Assembly: GCA_017620015.1 (NCBI GenBank)
Contig: JAFZRE010000033.1
Coordinates: 146,530 to 210,529, forward strand
DNA: 64,000 nt
Reading direction: 5' to 3'
Source of the DNA: Bacteroidales bacterium
GTDB taxonomy: Bacteria > Bacteroidota > Bacteroidia > Bacteroidales > ML635J-15
A program made the position numbers and the translations under genes. Under the pieces are notes generated by a model, which was given only the letters and a program-made list of their open reading frames with translations, was not told the DNA's origin and did no database searches. Shown in pieces: positions 45,158 to 52,622 of this stretch (positions are counted from its first letter, which is position 1; each line of letters begins with the position of its first letter).

Positions 45158-46350
45158 TGCCCAAAGTATTAAGGATAATAAACAGGTTCAATCTTGGCGG
45201 CCCTACATACAACGTAAGTTATCTTACGAAGTATATGGCGCCCGATTACGAAACTCTGTTGGTTGGGGGCATGAACGACAAGTCGGAAGCTTGTTCCGAT
45301 TATATTGTGCAAAAGCTTGGGATACACGCCATCAAGATAAGCGAGATGATAAGAAGCATCAACGGCTACAACGACATGGTGGCATACGAAAAGATTAAGA
45401 ACATCATCAAGCGCTACAAGCCCGACATTGTCCATACCCACGCTTCAAAAGCCGGAGTACTTGGGCGACAAGCAGCCATAAGTTGCGGTGTGCCAGTGAT
45501 TGTACACACTTTCCACGGACATATATTCAACTCGTATTTCAACAAATATGTAACTGCAACTTTCAAGCGTATAGAACAATACTATGCCAAAAGGTCATCA
45601 GCTATTGTTGCCATAAGCGACATTCAGAAATACGAGCTCTCTGAAGTTTACAAGATTGCGCCACCTGAAAAATTCCACGTAATACCTTTAGGATTCGACC
45701 TTAACCGTTTCCAGGAAAACCAAGCTATGAAACGCGATGCATTCCGCAAGCAGTATGACATTGCCGATGACGAGATTGCAGTTTCTATTGTTGGTCGTCT
45801 GGTGCCAGTGAAAAACCACAGAATGTTCATCGATGCCATTAGGGATGTAAAGTCGAAGACCAACCGCAAGGTTCGTGGCTTAATTGTCGGTGATGGCGAT
45901 TTGCGGAACGGACTGCTGGAATATGCAAGTCTGCACGGGCTAACAGCATCGACTCCAGAACATAAAGTTCCTAATTCCGACCTTATTTTCACATCGTGGA
46001 TAAAAGATGCCGACTATGTATTTGCTGGTTCAGAAATTTCCGCACTGACATCATTAAACGAAGGCACTCCTGTATCTATAATTGAATCGCAGGCTGCAAA
46101 TGTACCTGTGGTCAGCACTATTGTCGGTGGAATCAGGGATGTCGTTATTGAAGGCAAAACAGCCCTGCTCTCTCCTACCCAAAACGTCGAAGCATTCAGC
46201 GAGAACCTACTGTCGCTCATCGAAAACGATGAAATGCGCAAGCAGATGTCTGAAGACGGCTGGATATTCGTCCGCGACAAATTCCACTACACCCGCCTCG
46301 TCAACGACATGAAGAATCTATACGACGAGTTGCTGGCAAACAGGAAATAA
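45157..46350 (+). CDS. Glycosyltransferase family 4
   Basis: GGPTYNV N-terminus, HTHASKAG, C-terminal EGTPVSIIESQAANVPVV (EX7E). Confidence 0.85.
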   Translation: MPKVLRIINRFNLGGPTYNVSYLTKYMAPDYETLLVGGMNDKSEACSDYIVQKLGIHAIKISEMIRSINGYNDMVAYEKIKNIIKRYKPDIVHTHASKAGVLGRQAAISCGVPVIVHTFHGHIFNSYFNKYVTATFKRIEQYYAKRSSAIVAISDIQKYELSEVYKIAPPEKFHVIPLGFDLNRFQENQAMKRDAFRKQYDIADDEIAVSIVGRLVPVKNHRMFIDAIRDVKSKTNRKVRGLIVGDGDLRNGLLEYASLHGLTASTPEHKVPNSDLIFTSWIKDADYVFAGSEISALTSLNEGTPVSIIESQAANVPVVSTIVGGIRDVVIEGKTALLSPTQNVEAFSENLLSLIENDEMRKQMSEDGWIFVRDKFHYTRLVNDMKNLYDELLANRK

Positions 46351-46362
46351 GCCAATTCCGTA

Positions 46363-46382
46363 AGACGCAAAATTTTGCGTCT
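46363..46382. terminator. Perfect palindrome agacgcaaaattttgcgtct
   Basis: Identical to 28299-28318. Lies 13 nt after the GT4 stop. Confidence 0.6.
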
Positions 46383-46411
46383 GTACAAATGCAACGGTTC
46401 ATATAAAAAAC

Positions 46412-46441
46412 TGTAGCCTCGAAATTCATTGCGAGGCTACA
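46412..46441. terminator. Hairpin tgtagcctcg...cgaggctaca
   Basis: 10-bp stem, preceded by an A-run and followed by aaaatt. Lies between convergent gene ends. Confidence 0.6.
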
Positions 46442-46472
46442 AAATTATTAATTGTGCATTATCAATTGTACA

Positions 46473-46997
46473 TTAATCGACAAACCTTACCCCTTCCAAA
46501 ACTTCGTGCAAGTCGGGATTAGTGGGGTCGGTTATATTGTCGGTGGCGACGCGGACTACATATTTCTTTTCTGTGTTGTAGATGTAGCAGCACATCTTGA
46601 AATAGTCGTTGTCATCGGTGAAGACCTTCCATGTATAGTCGCCAATTACAATGTCATCGTGACGGCTTTCGGCAGGATACTTTGAAATGGTTTCCTCGAG
46701 GCTTGGCGAATCCCAGTGTTTTACTTCAAACTCAAGTTTAGAACCCTTTTTCCTAATTCCTGAATTAGAATAGGCAATATCGACTTCCCATTTTTCTGTA
46801 GGCAAAGTGATTTGATAATCGGAATAGTGATAATAAGTCTCTGGTTCTGGTGCTGACTCCTCGTTATCTTGCTCTACATTAGCCTCGACATTCTTTGTTT
46901 CAGTTTCCTCATTTGCAGGTTCGGAAGTCTTTCCGTTTGCATTGCAGCCCATTCCCGCTACGGAAATGAAGGCTAAGATTAATAAGATATTTCTCAT
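46473..46997 (-). CDS. Hypothetical lipoprotein
   Basis: Start refined to 46997 (MRNILLILAFISVAGMGC lipobox). Acidic linker. Confidence 0.6.
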   Translation of the reverse strand: MRNILLILAFISVAGMGCNANGKTSEPANEETETKNVEANVEQDNEESAPEPETYYHYSDYQITLPTEKWEVDIAYSNSGIRKKGSKLEFEVKHWDSPSLEETISKYPAESRHDDIVIGDYTWKVFTDDNDYFKMCCYIYNTEKKYVVRVATDNITDPTNPDLHEVLEGVRFVD

Positions 46998-47040
46998 GTT
47001 CAAAAGTTTAACGTTCAAAAATTCAAAGTTCAAAAGTTTC
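46998..47040 (-). promoter_or_regulatory. TTGAAC-rich leader shared by three lipoprotein genes
   Basis: Minus strand reads cttttgaactttgaatttttgaacgttaaacttttgaac-ATG. Near-identical blocks at 48994-49050 and 49811-49870. Confidence 0.5.
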
Positions 47041-47067
47041 TAATTTCTGTGGCGGTGCCGTTTGTAG

Positions 47068-47087
47068 AGACACAATGAATTGCGTCT
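47068..47087. repeat. Imperfect member of the gacgcaa...ttgcgtc palindrome family
   Basis: agacacaatgaattgcgtct, flanked by tgtag / gtaat. Confidence 0.5.
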
Positions 47088-47138
47088 GTAATATTGGCTG
47101 TGCCAGATTATTAATTAGAAATCCGGTTGCAAAGTTAA

Positions 47139-47831
47139 TTATTTCTTGCAAACCGGACGAACAGGCAGTCCCATATAGCGACCTTCCTCGAGCATCCGTT
47201 TGCCAGTAAAATCGGTTTTCCACGCAAACGAAGGATTTTTTTCGCCAAGCGAACTTGTCCAGTAGTAACCATTCATGCCAACTTCCCTAGGTTCGGTGAC
47301 ACGATAGCCTGGCAGCGGCAAAAGTATTGTTTTTCCGTTCGGTCCCTTGACTTCGAATCCATTCGACTTCTTCATCCAAGTACACTTGTCAATCAACTCC
47401 TTGAACTCTTCCTTGGTAGGCAAACGCCAACCATCGCCCCAGTTGACAGTTGCGGCATCGTCACTAGGTTCAAGGGCTGTCTTGTTGTCGGCAAAGGCAT
47501 TGTCGCCATAACCAGGATCGTTGCAATACTTTGTAATATTATTATAGTCAAAATACTTGCATGTACTCAACAAATATTCTTCCTTGGCTGCGGTTTCGCC
47601 CCATGAAAAATAATCGCCGTTTTCTTCTGGAGCATTGGCTCCGACATTGCAGGTAGCCCAAAGCGTTCCACTTGGCAAACCAAGGTCAACCCAGTCGTGA
47701 CCGTTAATAGTGCCTTCAGTTGCACCATTGTTCTTATCTGCCGATGCGTTTCCAGTTCCGTTTCCGTTGCAATTTACCAACATTAGAGACACTGAAATGA
47801 CGGTTAAAACAATTAAATAATATTTTTTCAT
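47139..47831 (-). CDS. FISUMP (Fibrobacter succinogenes major paralogous domain) lipoprotein
   Basis: Start refined to 47831 (MKKYYLIVLTVISVSLMLVNC). WATCNVGANAPEENGDYFSWGE, WRLPTKEEFKELIDKCTW, VRPVCKK. Confidence 0.8.
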   Translation of the reverse strand: MKKYYLIVLTVISVSLMLVNCNGNGTGNASADKNNGATEGTINGHDWVDLGLPSGTLWATCNVGANAPEENGDYFSWGETAAKEEYLLSTCKYFDYNNITKYCNDPGYGDNAFADNKTALEPSDDAATVNWGDGWRLPTKEEFKELIDKCTWMKKSNGFEVKGPNGKTILLPLPGYRVTEPREVGMNGYYWTSSLGEKNPSFAWKTDFTGKRMLEEGRYMGLPVRPVCKK

Positions 47832-47852
47832 ACTTAAAACAATAATAAATTT

Positions 47853-48122
47853 CCCGCTCATGCCGCGGTGGCATTTACTTTTTATTGGTAAAAAGTAAAC
47901 AAAAACCATGTCCGCTGCGTCTGCTTCGCTAAAAATCGATTGCACTTCGCTAAAAAGCATAAACTTGCCCCCATTTCATTTCGGCTTCAAACAAAATGCT
48001 TTTTTACGCTTCGTTTCACCGATTTTCTTGACGCTCACCAGCCAAGGCGGCAATCAAGGTATACTCCGCTCCGCTTCGTATTTGTATAAGAGGTCGTAAA
48101 AATCCGTCTTCGCAAAGATTAG
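47853..48122 (+). repeat. Copy B of the dispersed element (core 47890-48062)
   Basis: Aligns with 176-490. The core has no indels. Confidence 0.7.
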
Positions 48123-48284
48123 CGACCGCCTTCGGCCTATTTACAGCTTCGAAATATTTGTTCAATTTGAAATTAATTTGTACAATTTGGCTTACGCCGA
48201 GCTAAAGGTTAACTTCGTTGAGGGCTTCGCCGTTATGCCCTTTAGGGCACTGAAAAAATAATCACAGCAGACATTTAGAGCAAC

Positions 48285-48320
48285 AAAAAACAGCAGCTAG
48301 CCCGCGCCAACTGCCGTTTT
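48285..48320 (-). terminator. Putative terminator of the 48334 lipoprotein gene
   Basis: The cagcag...ctgccg stem is flanked by A6 and T4. On the minus strand the hairpin is followed by T6. Confidence 0.4.
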
Positions 48321-48333
48321 ATTTTGACCCTCA

Positions 48334-48993
48334 CTACTTTGCACAAACAGGACGAACTAATTTTCCGTGTCCGCGACTGTCACTGTTCAAACCTGTAAAT
48401 TTTGTATGGAATACAAGTTCATATGCAGCATAGCAGTTTTCATAGCACGAACTTGTCCAGTAATTACCCTTGCAGTGGCTAGTGCTAGTACCATCATTTA
48501 CAGGAAGGAAAATAGTTTTTCCGTTGGGACCCTTAACCTCAAAGCCCTTATTGTCCTTAATTGTCCAAGTACACTTGTCAACAAGTTCCTGCATTTCGTC
48601 CTTGGTCGGCATACGCCATTCCGTACCCCAGTTGGATGTTGCAACATCATCGTCCTTATCCAAGGTTGTAAGGCTATCTGTATAATTATACTTGGTCCAT
48701 TCGTCATCAACTTTGTACTTATTGTCAAAATTGAAATCCGATTCCTTTGCTTTTGTTTCGCCCCAACCATATTTATTACCATATTCTTCGGGAGCATTAG
48801 CACCAACATTGCAGGTTGCCCAGTTTACGGACAGACCAAGGTCAACATAACAATAACCTTGCACCATACCAACTTCTTCAGCTTCTGCTGAGTTTTCTTC
48901 ACTTGTGGCTTCGGCAGCCTTGCCATTGCCATTACAACTTGCCAACATTCCTGCTACAGAAACAATGGCGAAAAATAATAATAATTTTTTCAT
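48334..48993 (-). CDS. FISUMP lipoprotein
   Basis: Start refined to 48993 (MKKLLLFFAIVSVAGMLASC). WATCNVGANAPEEYG..YGWGE, WRMPTKDEMQELVDKCTW, VRPVCAK. Confidence 0.8.
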   Translation of the reverse strand: MKKLLLFFAIVSVAGMLASCNGNGKAAEATSEENSAEAEEVGMVQGYCYVDLGLSVNWATCNVGANAPEEYGNKYGWGETKAKESDFNFDNKYKVDDEWTKYNYTDSLTTLDKDDDVATSNWGTEWRMPTKDEMQELVDKCTWTIKDNKGFEVKGPNGKTIFLPVNDGTSTSHCKGNYWTSSCYENCYAAYELVFHTKFTGLNSDSRGHGKLVRPVCAK

Positions 48994-49050
48994 ATACAAC
49001 AATTTAAAAGTTTAACGTTCAATGTTCAAAAGTTCAATGTTTAAAGTTGG
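48994..49050 (-). promoter_or_regulatory. TTGAAC-rich leader (copy 2)
   Basis: Plus strand reads aaaagtttaacgttcaatgttcaaaagttcaatgttt. Confidence 0.5.
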
Positions 49051-49126
49051 GCTTGAAGGCTTTGATGTCCGACAGTCTTAACGATAGACAGACTGGTCTT
49101 CTGTTAGCCTGCTAGCCTTTAGCCTC
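49051..49126. repeat. GC-rich hairpin element
   Basis: gacagtctta.c.a.agacagactggtcttctgttag matches 22690-22718. Contains tagcc/aggc word repeats. Confidence 0.5.
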
Positions 49127-49810
49127 TTATTTTGCGCAAACTGGACGAATTTGGTGTCCGTAGTAACGTCCGTCACAGCTAACTTGTTTTCTTTGGTCTG
49201 CGAAAGATAAATAATAAGCTTTCATAGAGCCATCTGCAGTGCTTGACCAATAAAGGCCATCTATCTTTTCATTGCACACACTGCCATTCCAGAAGGCACC
49301 GGTAAGCGGCAAGAATATGGTTTGTCCATTTGCACCCTTTACCTCGTAGCCGTTGTCCTTCCATGTCCAAGTACATTTATCTATAAGTTCCTGGAACTCT
49401 GCCTTTGTAGGCATACGCCATACATTGCCCCAGCTATTCGAAGCAGCATCGTCGGCAACCTCCAATTTTTCCAGATTGTCGTCGCTTGTGTACTTGGTAT
49501 ATTTTGGACCAAACTCACCTTCGCCACCATAAAACTTGTGTGATTCAGCAGTATAGTTGTCCTTTTTTGAGGTTTCGCCCCAAGCATAATAGTCACCTAA
49601 TTCTTCTGGAGCATTAGCACCGACATTGCAGGTTGCCCAATTTACCGACAGGCCAAGGTCAACATAGCAATAACCTTGCAACATGCCAACAGCTTCAGCT
49701 TCTGCTGCGTTTTCTTCACTTCCAGCTTCGGCAGTCTTGCCATTGCCATTACAACTTGCCAACATTCCTGCTACAGAAACAATGGCGAAAAATAACAATA
49801 ATTTCTTCAT
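49127..49810 (-). CDS. FISUMP lipoprotein
   Basis: Start refined to 49810. The first ~70 aa are nearly identical to the 48334 gene. WRMPTKAEFQELIDKCTW, IRPVCAK. Confidence 0.8.
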   Translation of the reverse strand: MKKLLLFFAIVSVAGMLASCNGNGKTAEAGSEENAAEAEAVGMLQGYCYVDLGLSVNWATCNVGANAPEELGDYYAWGETSKKDNYTAESHKFYGGEGEFGPKYTKYTSDDNLEKLEVADDAASNSWGNVWRMPTKAEFQELIDKCTWTWKDNGYEVKGANGQTIFLPLTGAFWNGSVCNEKIDGLYWSSTADGSMKAYYLSFADQRKQVSCDGRYYGHQIRPVCAK

Positions 49811-49870
49811 ATTCAAATGTTTAAAAATTTAACGTTCAAGGTTCAAAAATTCAAAGTTCAATGTTTTGGG
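49811..49870 (-). promoter_or_regulatory. TTGAAC-rich leader (copy 3)
   Basis: Plus strand reads aaaaatttaacgttcaaggttcaaaaattcaaagttcaatgtttt. Confidence 0.5.
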
Positions 49871-49955
49871 CGAAAAGGCCAGAAGGCTCAAAGGCTTGAA
49901 GTCATTTTGGGGCTTTTAGCCTGTTTGCCTTCAAGCCTGTCAGCCTTTCAGCCCT
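49871..49955. repeat. GC-rich hairpin element
   Basis: ggcttgaag...cttcaagcc inverted repeat. Contains ggcc/aggc/tagcc/cagcc words. Confidence 0.5.
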
Positions 49956-50948
49956 TTATTTGCGCACCCAGTCGGTAACTTCGTGCCAATGTCCATGTCC
50001 TCTTTCTGTACCACTTTCACGACCCCATTTATTTGACAAATAATTGAACACTACAATATTACGACCATCGGTAAGTTCGTAAACCACCCAATAGTTTATT
50101 GTCTTTACCCAAGTTGTTCCGTCATAACTTGTACCCATAGTGGCTGTATATTTTTTCTCTTTCCATTCACTGGTAAGACCTACTGCTGCAACCTTGCAGT
50201 TCTTCATTTCGGGATGTTCCTCCCTATTGTATCCAGCATAAGGACGCGATGATTCATATTCCATTATTTCGCCCTCGGCAGCAGCATTCTTCCATTCTAT
50301 CTTGTCCTCCAACTGTTCGGTCGTAAATTTAAGTTCTGGGTCGTAACCAAACTCTTTAATTGTGTACATCCTTTTATCTAGCAAAAGACCATAATATACA
50401 TACGCAGAAAGTAAACGAGTTGGTGCTCCTGTATATGGACCTACTATATATCCCGAACAAAAACCTTCAGATGTAAGATTTCCAATCGACTTGCCTTTAT
50501 ACTTAACATGATATTCCATACCATAAACGCCAGCGTTTTTGGCCTCTAACTTAAATTCGCCAAGATGCGTAGATACGATAGTTCCGTCTTCGCTTATTGA
50601 ACCCTTGTCTTCGCCACGGTTGTTTGTAAACTTGCCGGTGTTGGGGTCAAGTTTAATGACATCGCCCTTCTGATTGCCAGACATTTCAGTAAGCATAGTG
50701 ATTTCTAATGTTGCTGGATTCCAAGTACAAACTGCAATTTCACCATTTTTACCCACAGAAAAAGTCACTGGTTTTGCCTTTGCATCGGGCTGTGGCATTG
50801 CACATGCCTTGTTCTGACTCGACTGCTGTGTTTTGTTCTTTACAGCCTTTGCAAGTCCACCTAAAAGTTGAGCCTCGGCGTTATAACTTACACCAAACAT
50901 AATGGCTACCATTGCCATTACCTTAAAAAATGTACTAATTCTTGCCAT
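49956..50948 (-). CDS. Hypothetical secreted protein (paralogous leader with 51008-52285)
   Basis: MARISTFFKVMAMVAIMFGVSYNAEAQLLGGLAKAVKNKTQQ. No known motif. Confidence 0.6.
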   Translation of the reverse strand: MARISTFFKVMAMVAIMFGVSYNAEAQLLGGLAKAVKNKTQQSSQNKACAMPQPDAKAKPVTFSVGKNGEIAVCTWNPATLEITMLTEMSGNQKGDVIKLDPNTGKFTNNRGEDKGSISEDGTIVSTHLGEFKLEAKNAGVYGMEYHVKYKGKSIGNLTSEGFCSGYIVGPYTGAPTRLLSAYVYYGLLLDKRMYTIKEFGYDPELKFTTEQLEDKIEWKNAAAEGEIMEYESSRPYAGYNREEHPEMKNCKVAAVGLTSEWKEKKYTATMGTSYDGTTWVKTINYWVVYELTDGRNIVVFNYLSNKWGRESGTERGHGHWHEVTDWVRK

Positions 50949-51007
50949 AACTATTTTATTTTAAAATTATCAAATTTGTTAATCAACTACTTGTATCTTA
51001 CTGTTGT

Positions 51008-52285
51008 TTAATAGTTTACAAAATACCAGTGGAACTTACCGTACAGATATTTCTCGGTCGTTGCATTTGCGACAAATCTTGACTCACCATAAGTGCCACC
51101 ACCTAAATAATCCTGACGGATTGAGTACTGCGTTGCCAACTTGTGGCCAGGATGCTCATCGTCGATAATGATGACTTCTGCATATTTGAGACGGTACTCG
51201 GGAATTCCAACAGAATTCTTAACTATATCCCACTTTGCCGTTGCATCGGCTGGACAAAAAACTTCAACAAGTTGCATTGAAGGATAGTTTTTCTTAAGTT
51301 GGCTCTTCAGGTTGTTCTCGATTGCTGCATCACGCTGTGACGGCTTGGTTACCGATCTCGTGGCTTTCTCGCAATGTGCAATACGTGCCTTGTCGAGTTC
51401 GTCGGCAGTACGGAACTTAATAGGAAGATTTGCAATCGAATCGGCTGGCATCTTGTCCATAAACGATTTAAGTTCATTAAGATAGAGATTTTCGGCAGTC
51501 GGGAAAATCTGTCCTTGTCCAACTATTTCGGTATCAATCCAATGCAAGATTTCGCGGATGAACCACATTTTTGCAACATCGGTCTTGCAGGTTGCTGCCT
51601 TATCGAGTTGTCCGCGCACATAACCGCTAATGTCGTTGAAAGCCGGAGTAACATCCTGTTCCATCGCTGTCTTTACATACATATTGTATAAGGTATTGTA
51701 ATCAAGGACTTGTCCCATATTTACCATGCTGAGTAAGTCGGAAACCATATCTTTATCGTTAGATTTATTTTCCCAAGGCGACTTGTTCGACAAATTAGAC
51801 TGTAGCGAGTAGAGTTCTCCAGTTGTTACTGGCCAATCTCCTGTTACATAACCTATTACAAATTTAGCCTGCGGCAACGCACCGATAAGCACATCGTAAT
51901 CGATGCCGTACCTGAGGCTAAGCGCTTGTTCGAAGAAAACGAAGGCACGGGCTATGTCCTCGGGAGCCGACTCCTTGGTGACTGTGGTTGCAACATGGAA
52001 GTTGTATTCGGCAGCAGTCTCATACGGCGACATCTTATCCAATGCAGCCTTATCAACAGGGCTTAAAGATTGCTGTTGCTGTGCTTTCGGACTGCTTGAA
52101 TTCTGTTGCTGACTTTTTCCGTTCTGCGTTTTGTCGGTCTGCGACTGGTTGTGCTGAATCTGCTGAACAGCCTTGTTCTTTGCCTTGTTTAGCACTCCTC
52201 CCAACTGAGCATCAGCAGTGTAACTAAATCCTAACAAAATGGCCATTATTGCCATTACCTTAAATAAATTACTCATTCTTACCAT
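51008..52285 (-). CDS. Hypothetical secreted protein with Q-rich linker
   Basis: MVRMSNLFKVMAIMAILLGFSYTADAQLGGVLNKAKNKAVQQ, then a Q/S-rich stretch. No known motif. Confidence 0.6.
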   Translation of the reverse strand: MVRMSNLFKVMAIMAILLGFSYTADAQLGGVLNKAKNKAVQQIQHNQSQTDKTQNGKSQQQNSSSPKAQQQQSLSPVDKAALDKMSPYETAAEYNFHVATTVTKESAPEDIARAFVFFEQALSLRYGIDYDVLIGALPQAKFVIGYVTGDWPVTTGELYSLQSNLSNKSPWENKSNDKDMVSDLLSMVNMGQVLDYNTLYNMYVKTAMEQDVTPAFNDISGYVRGQLDKAATCKTDVAKMWFIREILHWIDTEIVGQGQIFPTAENLYLNELKSFMDKMPADSIANLPIKFRTADELDKARIAHCEKATRSVTKPSQRDAAIENNLKSQLKKNYPSMQLVEVFCPADATAKWDIVKNSVGIPEYRLKYAEVIIIDDEHPGHKLATQYSIRQDYLGGGTYGESRFVANATTEKYLYGKFHWYFVNY

Positions 52286-52523
52286 AATATTTTCAAATTA
52301 AAAGTTACTAAAATTAAAAACATTGTCACTCCTACGAGTTTCTGGAAGCAAAGTTAGGACTACAAGGGAGTTGCGCGTTTGGCAATTTATGACAAAGATT
52401 GTGCAGATGGTTACAAAGTGCAGGGGCGAATGCAAAAAACAGGAAGTGTTGCCCCCATCATTAAGGTCGTTAACGGTCTTAATGGCCTTAACGCAAGGGG
52501 GGGCACACCTTCTCTTCTTTTAG

Positions 52524-52622
52524 CCTTTTAGCCCAGTTTTAGGCTAACGCCAGTTTGAAGATTTGACAAACTCTTAACTTTCGGTTCCTGAGCGAAGTCG
52601 AAGGATAACTCTTAACTATCAA
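52524..52622. repeat. GC-rich word repeats downstream of the AraC-type gene
   Basis: ttagccttttagccc, aggctaacgccagtt, cctgagcgaagtcgaagg (52587-52604). Confidence 0.45.
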
